Shown one piece after another: positions 16,414 to 25,323 of a DNA stretch of 64,000 nt. This stretch comes from Myxococcales bacterium (GTDB taxonomy: Bacteria > Myxococcota_A > Polyangia > Polyangiales > GCA-016699535). The notes under the pieces are model-generated. The model was not told the origin of the DNA and made no database searches. It was given only the letters and a program-made list of their open reading frames with translations. The position numbers were made by a program, and so were the translations under genes. The stretch covers positions 1,522,179-1,586,178 of the forward strand of contig JACKDX010000001.1 of NCBI GenBank assembly GCA_020633325.1, given 5' to 3'. Numbering within the stretch: position 1 is the first letter of the stretch; the number at the start of each line of letters is the position of its first letter.

Positions 16414-16890
16414 ATGATGGACAAGATACCCATGACACCCGAGGGCCACAGCGCGCTTAAGGACGAGCTGCGGCAACTTGTCGAAGTCGAACGGCCCAAG
16501 GTTTCAAAAGAAATTGGAGTGGCTCGCGAGCACGGTGATTTGCGCGAAAACGCCGAATACCATGCCGCGAAAGACAAACAGGGACTCATCGAGGCTCGGG
16601 TCGCCGAAATCGAGGACAAACTGTCGCGAGCCGAGGTCATTGACACGTCCTTACTTAGCGGTGAGGTGGTCCGTTTTGGTGCCATCGTGGCCCTCGAAGA
16701 GTCCGACTCTGGCAAGGCCGTGGAGTACCGAATCGTGGGCCCGGATGAATCGGATATCCGTGGTGGCTCGATTTCCGTGAGTTCTCCCTTGGCACGGGCA
16801 ATCATCGGCAAACGTGCCGGCGAAGAAGTTGAGGTGCAGGCTCCCGGGGGCAAGCGCTTTTATGAGATCACGGCCGTTCGCTGGCGCTAA
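16414..16890 (+). CDS. greA: Transcription elongation factor GreA
   Basis: MTPEGHSALKDELRQL...REHGDLRENAEYHAAKDKQGLIEARVAEIEDKL, and C-terminal VSSPLARAIIGKRAGEEVEV. 158 aa. Confidence 0.95.
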   Translation: MMDKIPMTPEGHSALKDELRQLVEVERPKVSKEIGVAREHGDLRENAEYHAAKDKQGLIEARVAEIEDKLSRAEVIDTSLLSGEVVRFGAIVALEESDSGKAVEYRIVGPDESDIRGGSISVSSPLARAIIGKRAGEEVEVQAPGGKRFYEITAVRWR

Positions 16891-19036
16891 GCCAAGGATT
16901 GGCTCGTCAGAGGCCTTGCTCGACCACGGCGTTGAATGCCTTCAGGGAATAGGCCGTCTGAGCGGGGCCGCATTGCGGGAACGGGGGCTGAACACCGTCG
17001 GAGACATGCTGCTCTTGTTGCCGAGGTGCTACGTGGATGAGCGCCGCACGACACCGCTCACGAACCTAGCGCCGGGCATCCACCAAGTGACCGTCGGGGT
17101 TGTCGAGCAAGCACGGCGCCTTTTTGTCAGGCATCGGTCCATGGCCGAGGTGGTGTTAGGCGCACTGCCTTCGGATCCTTCTGGGCCGCGCGCCCGACTG
17201 ATGTTGCGATGGTACCACGCCTATCCCAACCAATTAAACGGGTTTACGCCGGGCAGCCACGTGCGGGCAAGTGGAAGGGTCAGCACGGGCCCGGGGCAAT
17301 TGATCATGGTGCATCCGAGCACCGAAATGCTAAATCTCGATACGCCCGAATCTGCGAGAATTGTCACGCGATATCCCGATATCGCCAGCATGGGACAGAA
17401 AACATTGAAGAAGGCCGTGACGGATGCTGTGAGACGTGCGGCACACCAAGTCATTTCGGCGGTGCCAGCTTCGGTTTCGGAGCGCGAGGCCATCATGCCG
17501 CTCGCTGATGCAATCTGCGCCCTACATTTCCCGCCGGAACAACTGAGTGACCAGGAAGTGGAGCAACTCAATCACTTTTGCAGTGTGTATCATCAGCGTT
17601 TGGCATACGAAGAATTTTTCCTGCTCGAACTCGCGCTGCATGCTCAACGCAAATCGCGTTCTCCACAGGAAGCAATGTCGCTAAAGGCAGAAAAGGGGGT
17701 GCTACACGCTGCCCGATCTGCGATGCCTTTCAAGCTCAGTAGGGCTCAGGAGCGGGTGATAGGTGACGTTTCGGCCGATATGGAGCGGCAGGTTCCCATG
17801 CGGCGTCTGTTGCAGGGCGATGTGGGCAGTGGCAAGACGGCAGTGGCCATGGTGGCAGCTGCGCAGGCGGTTCGCGCCGGTGCGCAGGTCGCGTTTATGG
17901 CGCCGACCGAAGTGCTCGCAGAGCAGCACTTTTCGGTGCTCGAGCGCTTCTCGGCTGCGCTCGGGTTGCGGGTGCGGTTGGTGGTGGGCGGGGTGGACGC
18001 ATCTCGTCGCAATCAGTTGGCACAGGAGTTGCGCGACGGTGTCATCGACATCGCGATTGGGACACATGCGCTCATTCAGGGGAACTATGCCTTTAGCAAG
18101 TTGGGACTGGTGATTGTCGATGAGCAACACCGTTTCGGGGTCAACCAGCGGCTCGCACTCGTACAAAAAGGCGATTGCAGCGAGAGTAGTCCTCATCTGT
18201 TGGTCATTACGGCGACACCGATACCGCGCTCGCTGGCGTTGACGTTGTATGGGGACTTGGACGTGAGCGTTTTGGATGAAATGCCGCCGGGCCGCGTACG
18301 GCCCATCACGAAACTGTTCGGGGTAGATGCGCGTGATCGTGCATTGGGTATATTGGGCAAAGGGCTAAGGAGCGGTGGACAGGCTTTTGTGGTCTGCCCT
18401 TCGATCGAAGACTCCGAATCTCTGAACGTGCGCTCCGCCGAGCGGGCGTTCGAGGAGCTTCGGGGTCGCTTGGCTCCCTATGAAGTGGGCCTGCTGCACG
18501 GGCGCCTGACATATGAGCAGCGTCAGAACGTCATGGCCAAGTTTGTTGAGGGGCAGGTTCAGGTCTTGGTATCCACGACGATTATCGAGGTGGGCGTTGA
18601 TGTGCCCCGGGCTAACGTCATGCTCGTGGAGCATGCGGAGCGTTTTGGGCTGGCCCAGCTCCATCAGCTACGAGGCCGAATCGGTCGCGGAGGGCAGGTG
18701 AGCGCGTGCTTGTTGGTGCATCAGGCCACTTCGTCAGAAGCGTTGGCGAGGCTCGAGGTTCTGGCGCGAACCTCAGATGGATTCGAGATTGCAGAGGAGG
18801 ATTTGCAGCAGCGGGGACCGGGCGAACTCCTTGGACGACGCCAATCGGGCATGCCCGGCTTTCGCTTTGGCAATCTAAAACGGGATATGGACCTGTGGGA
18901 GCGTGCGCGCAAGGAGGCACAGACCGTGTTGGCTGCAGATCCAGGCCTGCAGGCGCCGGCCCATCGCGGGGCCGCCCTGGCGCTTTTGCGCTTGAAAAAA
19001 GCCTCCCTGACGGTGGTGCGCGAAGAGGCGGGCTAA
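16862..19036 (+). CDS. recG: ATP-dependent DNA helicase RecG
   Basis: N-terminal LQGIG...LLLLPRCYVDER wedge region. Helicase motifs LQGDVGSGKT, DEQHRFG, TATPIPR, QLHQLRGRIGRG. The start is uncertain: ATG 16862 overlaps greA by 29 nt, and TTG 16916 is the alternative. Confidence 0.9.
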   Translation: MRSRPFAGAKPRIGSSEALLDHGVECLQGIGRLSGAALRERGLNTVGDMLLLLPRCYVDERRTTPLTNLAPGIHQVTVGVVEQARRLFVRHRSMAEVVLGALPSDPSGPRARLMLRWYHAYPNQLNGFTPGSHVRASGRVSTGPGQLIMVHPSTEMLNLDTPESARIVTRYPDIASMGQKTLKKAVTDAVRRAAHQVISAVPASVSEREAIMPLADAICALHFPPEQLSDQEVEQLNHFCSVYHQRLAYEEFFLLELALHAQRKSRSPQEAMSLKAEKGVLHAARSAMPFKLSRAQERVIGDVSADMERQVPMRRLLQGDVGSGKTAVAMVAAAQAVRAGAQVAFMAPTEVLAEQHFSVLERFSAALGLRVRLVVGGVDASRRNQLAQELRDGVIDIAIGTHALIQGNYAFSKLGLVIVDEQHRFGVNQRLALVQKGDCSESSPHLLVITATPIPRSLALTLYGDLDVSVLDEMPPGRVRPITKLFGVDARDRALGILGKGLRSGGQAFVVCPSIEDSESLNVRSAERAFEELRGRLAPYEVGLLHGRLTYEQRQNVMAKFVEGQVQVLVSTTIIEVGVDVPRANVMLVEHAERFGLAQLHQLRGRIGRGGQVSACLLVHQATSSEALARLEVLARTSDGFEIAEEDLQQRGPGELLGRRQSGMPGFRFGNLKRDMDLWERARKEAQTVLAADPGLQAPAHRGAALALLRLKKASLTVVREEAG

Positions 19037-19040
19037 ACGA

Positions 19041-21461
19041 GTGGATTCTGCCCGCCCACGGTTGCATGCGATAAGAAACGCGGCGCGGTCGCATGTGTTC
19101 ATCGGAGCCTTGGCGTTTGGCGCCGTTGAAATCCTGATCACTTTTGCCAAAGGCTATCGGTATTTTCTTGGGTGGCACGACGTTTTCGTTTACGTGGTGA
19201 CTGCGTTGCTTGTCGCGGGCGCGTGCGTACGCGGGGCGCAGCTGGTGGTGTCTATGCTGCTAGGCCGCAGGATGGCGAAATGCTCCTTAAACCGCAAGCG
19301 GCGGGGCGCCATCGCCTTGGCAGTATTTGCCGCGTGTGCGCTCGTGCTGGACGGCACCCTGTATGTGCGTTTGTATGCTAAGTGGCACGCGCTCCTCACT
19401 CTAGGTGCGGTCTTCGGAATCGCGGCGGCGATCCCCCTTTGGCAGAGACCCGATCAGGCGCAGCCTTTCGGCGCAAGAGGGGGACACGGTCGCGGGATGA
19501 CAAGGCATGTGGCAGGCTTCGGGCTGAGCTTTGCACTTGGAGCTATCGCGCTTTTTTGGTTAAATGTCGGCGCGCCAAACGCGAGTTGGGTTGCGCGTGA
19601 TTATGCGGTGCTTACGGGAAAGCTTATCGCGTGGCTGCCATCTGCCACTGGGCCCGAGGTGCTCCATCCTTCGTTGGCACGGGGCCCGGATAAACGTGTC
19701 CGCCACCGCGTTTCAACGGGCGGGATCGACCTGAGCGGAAGTGACGTGCTCTTGGTCACAGTCGATGCATTGCGCGCGGATTGTCTTTCGGAAAAGGGTG
19801 GTGGCAGGAACGCTCCCTACCTTGATGCGCTTGCCAAACAGAGCATGGTCTTTCGCCGCGCCTACACACCGTCGCCCAATACCTCCTATGCCTTGAGTAG
19901 CTTGTTGACGGGCAAATACGCGCGCTCGCTCGATAGGCTGGGCGGGAATATCAATGCGTCTGTCACGCTCGCCGACATCCTCAATCGCGCGGGTTACCAA
20001 ACGGCGGCATTCTACCCACCAGCCATGTTTGCTGTGGATGGTCATAAGCTTGCTGAACTGCGTGCCAGGGGTTTCGGTTTTCGTTACACAAAGGAAACGT
20101 CAAGCAATGCCGAGACGCGGGTTCAGGAGCTCGCTGCGTTTATGAGCCACGCAGATGCGCGTCCGGTATTTGCGTGGGTGCATTTCCTTGAGCCTCATGA
20201 ACCCTACGAGCCAACCGCGAGATTTTATCGCGGGGATAGCCAAAAAGAGCGCTATGCGGCCGAGGTTGCAAGGGCGGATAAAGCGATACATATGCTTGTG
20301 GATCGCTTCGGCCAGCGCGAGAAGGGCATGCTTTTGATATTGAGTGCCGATCATGGTGAGGAGTTTAACGAACATGGAGGCCAATACCACGGGAGTACAC
20401 TCTATGATGAACAGGCGCGGGTGCCTTTGCTGTGGTTTGCGCCAGGTCACATCAAACCCCAAGCGAGTGATGTGCCGGTGGAGCTTGTGGACGTTGCGAC
20501 CACGCTCCTTTCACTGTTGGGTTTGCCGTCCGATCCACGTATGGCGGGAGATGATTGGAGCGGAGTGATCGGAGGGGGCCCGCCACCTGCGACTCACCTC
20601 GCCTTTGCCGAAATCAAGAATCTGCGCATGGCGTTTGACGGCCGCTATAAAGCGATATGTCTTTCGGATCTCAACCGATGCCAACTGTTTGACATAATGC
20701 GGGATCCCACGGAGATGCACAATCTCGCTCTTGACATGCCGGAACGCTCCAAAGAGATGGCGCAAGAGCTTGCCGCATTTTACGCGGCGCTTCCTGCACA
20801 AGAACAGCTGCGGTTTGAGGACGAGACCGCGTGGCCCGAAGCCATGGCGCGTGCGCGGCTGGGCGATGCGTCCGCGGCGCCCGCGCTAATGCCGCTGCTC
20901 GGTGACGATAGTCCCGGGATGCGGGCTGCGGCCGTTCGGGAGCTGGGCATGCTGGGTTATGATGCTGCCCGCTCGCCGCTCAAGACGCTCGTGCGTTCCG
21001 ATCGGTCTTTGCGCGTGCGGGCCGAATCGGCCCTTGCCCTTGTGCGGCTAAAGGACCACACGCAGATTCCTTCGCTGCGGGCATACCTGAGCCAACCGCA
21101 GGTTTTAAATGAAGCCTGGTCCGGCCAATATGTGCGGGAGGCGGCGTTGACATTGGGAGAAACCGGCGACAGAGCTGCAGGTTCGATTCTCATCGAGTTG
21201 GCTCGTGATGAGAACGAAGATCTCGAGCGCCGCGAGGTGGCCATAGTCATCTTGGGTCGCCTGAAGCTCCCTCAAGCCTTGGATGCCTTGATTCCCCTTT
21301 TAGCCGACGGGCATCTCGGTGTGAGGGCAGCTGGTGCGCTCGGTATGATAGGCGGCAAGCGTGCTGAACAGGCGCTACGGAAACAGCTTGAGCGCGAACC
21401 TTACCCCCAGGCCCGAGCGGCCCAGCAAAAGGCGCTCTTGAGGATACAGGCAAAGCAGTAA
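19041..21461 (+). CDS. Membrane-anchored sulfatase-fold (alkaline-phosphatase superfamily) protein with C-terminal HEAT-like repeats
   Basis: About five N-terminal hydrophobic helices. Sulfatase-fold motifs VLLVTVDALRADCL, TPSPNTSYALSSLLTG, LSADHGEEFNEHG. The C-terminus has repeated xxVRxxAxxALGxxG units (MRAAAVRELGMLG, LRVRAESALALV, LGVRAAGALGMIG). GTG start. Confidence 0.75.
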   Translation: MDSARPRLHAIRNAARSHVFIGALAFGAVEILITFAKGYRYFLGWHDVFVYVVTALLVAGACVRGAQLVVSMLLGRRMAKCSLNRKRRGAIALAVFAACALVLDGTLYVRLYAKWHALLTLGAVFGIAAAIPLWQRPDQAQPFGARGGHGRGMTRHVAGFGLSFALGAIALFWLNVGAPNASWVARDYAVLTGKLIAWLPSATGPEVLHPSLARGPDKRVRHRVSTGGIDLSGSDVLLVTVDALRADCLSEKGGGRNAPYLDALAKQSMVFRRAYTPSPNTSYALSSLLTGKYARSLDRLGGNINASVTLADILNRAGYQTAAFYPPAMFAVDGHKLAELRARGFGFRYTKETSSNAETRVQELAAFMSHADARPVFAWVHFLEPHEPYEPTARFYRGDSQKERYAAEVARADKAIHMLVDRFGQREKGMLLILSADHGEEFNEHGGQYHGSTLYDEQARVPLLWFAPGHIKPQASDVPVELVDVATTLLSLLGLPSDPRMAGDDWSGVIGGGPPPATHLAFAEIKNLRMAFDGRYKAICLSDLNRCQLFDIMRDPTEMHNLALDMPERSKEMAQELAAFYAALPAQEQLRFEDETAWPEAMARARLGDASAAPALMPLLGDDSPGMRAAAVRELGMLGYDAARSPLKTLVRSDRSLRVRAESALALVRLKDHTQIPSLRAYLSQPQVLNEAWSGQYVREAALTLGETGDRAAGSILIELARDENEDLERREVAIVILGRLKLPQALDALIPLLADGHLGVRAAGALGMIGGKRAEQALRKQLEREPYPQARAAQQKALLRIQAKQ

Positions 21462-21477
21462 GCCCTCAGCCACTTTG

Positions 21478-22482
21478 CTAAGACGGCGTTCGATCGAGCC
21501 ACACGCCATGCTCAGCCTCGATGGCATCGACGATGGCGCGCGAAAACTCATGCGGGAATCGTTCGCTGCGGTCCCACCCCCCCGGGCTAAAGGTGTTGAT
21601 TTCGACGACTTTCGCGCCTGACAGATCCACGCCCGCCCAAAAAAGCCCCTGCTTAATGAGAAACTGACCCACGGACCGCGCGACCTCGTCATAGCTTGAG
21701 GGAAGTGTTATGGCGGAATCCCTGGCGCCTGCATGAACATTGTTACGGAAATCACCGTGGGCAGCCTTTCGAAGCACCGCGAGTGTCCGCTTTTTCCGAG
21801 AAAGGGGCACCCCCCGGACGTAAAACACCCGATACTCTTCGTGTCGGGCTTCGGGAATGAAACGTTGCACAATCGCGTAGTCCTCTGCGCTAACGATTTC
21901 AAGCACCGAGCGGAGGTTTTGATGCCCGGCACTCTCGAAGAAAAAAATGCCCTCGCCGCGGGAGCCATTCAACGGCTTGACGATGAATGGCGCATCGAGG
22001 GTCTCCGCAAATGCCAGCATATGTGAAATGTCCCGGCTTACCAAGCTCTCGGGGACCCACGCTTCTGGGAGGCCCATCAGATAGGTTTTGCTCGAAAACC
22101 GCAGCAGCACATCGGGATCATTAAGCACAAAGGTGCCGCCGCGTTTTGCCAAAGACAAAAGATGCAACGCTGCCTCGTGTTGCTGCGCATGTTCGCGGTC
22201 GCGGCCCGGATTGCTACGAATCCACACCATTTCGGATGCACCAAGCGCATAGCGACAAAGCCCCGGATCGACCAAAATGCGTGGTTCGACAACGGACGGT
22301 GCACGCAACACTTGAGCGTTCACCCACACACCGCCTGCCTGTGTAGCTTCCAAGTCGGAAACGCCACACGCATGGACTTGGTAGCCTCTCGATAGAGCTT
22401 CGTTTGCCAGCAGCCACGTTTTCAGCCGCTCCTGCGTTTCTCGGCGATCGTTGACGACGATCGTGACGCGCTTGACGGTCAT
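21478..22482 (-). CDS. ATP-grasp ligase, glutathione-synthetase (GshB)/RimK-like
   Basis: PFIVKPLNGSRGEGIFF, YAIVQRFIPEA, FRNNVHAGA, and WAGVDLSGAKVVEINTFSPGG (E-x-N Mg site). ATG 22482 forms an ATGA overlap with the upstream stop. Confidence 0.75.
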   Translation of the reverse strand: MTVKRVTIVVNDRRETQERLKTWLLANEALSRGYQVHACGVSDLEATQAGGVWVNAQVLRAPSVVEPRILVDPGLCRYALGASEMVWIRSNPGRDREHAQQHEAALHLLSLAKRGGTFVLNDPDVLLRFSSKTYLMGLPEAWVPESLVSRDISHMLAFAETLDAPFIVKPLNGSRGEGIFFFESAGHQNLRSVLEIVSAEDYAIVQRFIPEARHEEYRVFYVRGVPLSRKKRTLAVLRKAAHGDFRNNVHAGARDSAITLPSSYDEVARSVGQFLIKQGLFWAGVDLSGAKVVEINTFSPGGWDRSERFPHEFSRAIVDAIEAEHGVWLDRTPS

Positions 22483-23495
22483 GCCTGAGCCGCATGGCGC
22501 CGATGGAACATCGCAGTTTTGCCCTTCCAAATGATACCAAGGTGCAATATTCGCGAACCCGTTTGGGCAACTGGGTTGACGGACTTGCCAATGACGATTC
22601 CCGCAGTTGGACAGCGATACTCCGCGGTGCGATCCCCGTAAATATCCGTTATTCGCGCCACGATTTCGCCCTTTTTAACGTGATCCATCACACTGGGCAG
22701 GACATCAAGCAATCCACCATGTTGCGTGTATAACCAATTCGAGTGCTCGCAGAGGACGGGTTCTGGGCCAAGGGAGACGGGGCGCTTAGGGAGCATGTGC
22801 ACCTCAGAGAGCAAGCTCCTCAATCCGACCAGCGAGCGGCGAATGTATTCCACCTGAAACCGCTGTGGATCGCGAATTTCCACGGTAATGGACGGAATAC
22901 CGAGTTGCATCGCAGCGCCGCGAAGCGTGTAGTCCGAGGCGGGATTGTGAAGGATAATTTGTGGACGCTGCAAGTAGGCCATTTTGGCGCTGATCTCATG
23001 CGTCATATCCGCCCGCACATAAAGAGAGTTCGCGCGTCCGAAACTTGCGGTATGTAGGTCAACCAAGTAATCGAAACAATGGATGATGCGTTCCTGCAAA
23101 CGAAAGGCGTAGACTTCCGCGACGCTGCCGTCCGGTTTGCCAGGCATGATGTGGTTGAGATCGCTGCCGTCCACGAAGTAACGCTCGTGATTGAGAAATC
23201 CAGGAACATTGACGACGACGACGCATACGATGGTGCCTCGCAGCTGAGCGAGGTCTATCGAGCGCAGAAGGCGATGAATAACCGGGATGCCGTTGAGCTC
23301 GTTGCCGTGAATGGCCGCGGTGATACCAAAAACGGGTCCGGAACGCGTCCCGCGAGCCACGACTACGGGCACAGCGATAGGCTGGCCGGTGCCATCATGG
23401 ATTAGCTCGACGCGCAGGCGGGTTTGCCGGCCCTTGCGTAACTTGCTCGGGTCTAGGCGCGAGCAGATTTGTGTGGGTGGGCTTACCTGAGGCAC
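22479..23495 (-). CDS. Succinylglutamate desuccinylase/aspartoacylase (AstE/AspA) family zinc hydrolase
   Basis: GPVFGITAAIHGNELNGIPVIHRLL (H-x-x-E zinc motif), and DLHTAS further on. About 338 aa, typical for the family. Confidence 0.75.
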   Translation of the reverse strand: MPQVSPPTQICSRLDPSKLRKGRQTRLRVELIHDGTGQPIAVPVVVARGTRSGPVFGITAAIHGNELNGIPVIHRLLRSIDLAQLRGTIVCVVVVNVPGFLNHERYFVDGSDLNHIMPGKPDGSVAEVYAFRLQERIIHCFDYLVDLHTASFGRANSLYVRADMTHEISAKMAYLQRPQIILHNPASDYTLRGAAMQLGIPSITVEIRDPQRFQVEYIRRSLVGLRSLLSEVHMLPKRPVSLGPEPVLCEHSNWLYTQHGGLLDVLPSVMDHVKKGEIVARITDIYGDRTAEYRCPTAGIVIGKSVNPVAQTGSRILHLGIIWKGKTAMFHRRHAAQA

Positions 23496-24958
23496 AGCTC
23501 CTCCATCAGCGCGGGATCGGGATTGATCGAATGGAACAACTTGGTGCGAAACTTCCCTTTGCTGGTGACCAGGCTGCTCGCCATGCGATCAATGGCATTG
23601 ACCGAGAGGACGGTCTGCACGTACGCCTCGATAAGATCATCGAGGCCCAATCCGAGTTGGTTGAAGTCGCGGCTGTCCATCAGCAACAAGCGCTCAGTGT
23701 CTGTCGACCAGGTTTCGTTCGACTGTTTGAGCGAGAGATTCGTCCCTAGCATATCCCAGGAACGCTTGGCGCTGTCGAGCGTCTCAGTGAGCGGCGCGCG
23801 TGCGCGCCGGGCATAGACAGCAACCGGGAAAAACCCATCCGGACCCGCGCCCACCATTAAACGAATATCCACGACATAAATTTGTCCGCGTCGGTCAGGC
23901 ATGGTTCCCACATGATAAAGTTGACCATAAGGTGAGCGCGAACTCCACTTTGTGTTTCCAATCAACGCCTGAACGATGAATCGGTCGTAGTGGTGCTCTT
24001 GGTCCATGAACGCTTCGAGCTCCTCAGCACTTGTGATGGTGAACACCCCCTGCCCCGCGTTGGAGTAGGGAACTTTGACGACCGCAATGCCCCCCATCCG
24101 TGACACAAGCTGGGGTACCTGCGCTTTCGGGACATCGACAAGGGTTTCTGGGAAACGAATCCTGAGACCCGTAGGCTGAAGTTCACCGTTTTGTACGTCA
24201 TAGGCTTTGGCTGCGAGGAGCTTGTTGCGGCCGCCTGCAAGGCATACCAAGACAGGATTAAAGACCACCGTTCGCGACAGGGGTGGAATGCGATTCCAGG
24301 GTCGCTGGGTCACGTAGCGCAAGGCGCCGCGGATGGGGCGCCACGCCTGGTCGGGACCGCGGGCTTCGAGAATGCCGTCGTCAGTCGTGCGAACGGAAGC
24401 GTTAAGAGCGTGATCCTGTAGATGAAGCAGCAATACCGTCTCGTTGCTCAAGTCTGCCAGTGCGGCAGCATATCCAGAGGCCTCCATCAGGTTCTTGTCG
24501 TAAAACACTGCCAGATCCCCCCGCGGGACATGGCGGCGTTTTAGAAGCGGTAAAAATGCTTTTGAAAGCAGGTCCGTGTATCCGCCATATTCAGATGCCT
24601 CTTGGATATGGGGCATGGATTTCTGCCCCGACGGGCTTGAGTTGGTTTCGATCACTACCAGCTGTCGCCGTCCCTCCGCGGTGGCCACATGAAAAAGATC
24701 GCACCCTGCCCACCGAAAGTGCTTCGGCTCGATGGTCAAAAGTGCGCGCACGGAGTCTTCATCAACCTCGGGGTGCAAGTGGCGGTAGCGCCGAACGATG
24801 CGTTCATTGCCAAGCGAAAAAAAATAGCTCAAGAGCGGATGCACATGCGCGTTGAGGACGCGTTCGTAGAAGTGGGACACACGGTGAAAGTTCCCGGGCT
24901 CGACAAACCGACTCGAATAGAGGTGCGGCTCTGACAACGTGGTGATCGGCTCCCTCAT
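23483..24958 (-). CDS. ATP-grasp/TTL-like amide ligase candidate, possibly circularly permuted
   Basis: ATG 24958 (MREPITT) forms an ATGA overlap with the upstream lipoprotein stop. VVIETNSSPSG (E-x-N-like) sits at residues about 101-111. IAVVKVPYSNAGQGVF sits at about 291-306, followed by RFIVQALIG and YVVDIRLMVGAG..FFPVAVYARRA (TTL-like strand pattern). Confidence 0.45.
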   Translation of the reverse strand: MREPITTLSEPHLYSSRFVEPGNFHRVSHFYERVLNAHVHPLLSYFFSLGNERIVRRYRHLHPEVDEDSVRALLTIEPKHFRWAGCDLFHVATAEGRRQLVVIETNSSPSGQKSMPHIQEASEYGGYTDLLSKAFLPLLKRRHVPRGDLAVFYDKNLMEASGYAAALADLSNETVLLLHLQDHALNASVRTTDDGILEARGPDQAWRPIRGALRYVTQRPWNRIPPLSRTVVFNPVLVCLAGGRNKLLAAKAYDVQNGELQPTGLRIRFPETLVDVPKAQVPQLVSRMGGIAVVKVPYSNAGQGVFTITSAEELEAFMDQEHHYDRFIVQALIGNTKWSSRSPYGQLYHVGTMPDRRGQIYVVDIRLMVGAGPDGFFPVAVYARRARAPLTETLDSAKRSWDMLGTNLSLKQSNETWSTDTERLLLMDSRDFNQLGLGLDDLIEAYVQTVLSVNAIDRMASSLVTSKGKFRTKLFHSINPDPALMEELCLR

Positions 24959-25290
24959 CGATGCTTCGCCTCGGGCCGAGTGCGCTTCAATCTGCGGCAT
25001 CGTTCAAGTGTGTGGCACGCACGTCGCGCGCGTTCGCAGCGAATCTGCGCATCGGCCTCATCGAGGTCGTCAGCCAGATCACAGATGTGCTGAGAGGCGT
25101 GGCAACCCCGTTTCTCGACAGCGCGGCTAAAGGGAGCCGTGGGGTTCGAGCGCCCACAGGCCAGGAGGGCCTCGGACACTTGGGCTTCGCGGATTTGGAT
25201 ATCGCGATAGAGCTGATGGGTGTCGGCTCCGGCACAGCCCAACATCCCAAGGACGACACATACCAGCCACGCGTGGCGCCGAAGGCCCAT
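24955..25290 (-). CDS. Small Cys-containing lipoprotein (111 aa)
   Basis: MGLRRHAWLVCVVLGMLGCAG (lipobox MLGC). Five further Cys in the mature part. Confidence 0.55.
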   Translation of the reverse strand: MGLRRHAWLVCVVLGMLGCAGADTHQLYRDIQIREAQVSEALLACGRSNPTAPFSRAVEKRGCHASQHICDLADDLDEADAQIRCERARRACHTLERCRRLKRTRPEAKHR

Positions 25291-25323
25291 CGGAGCAGTC
25301 TACAAGAAACCCAGGGTGATGCA

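Noticed and set aside
16359-16853. The N-terminal 165 codons of the 553-aa ORF 15192..16853.
   Set aside because: This part lies antisense to the well-supported greA gene and has a low-complexity Ser/Ala/Pro-rich translation. The TraB-family similarity begins at the internal ATG 16358.
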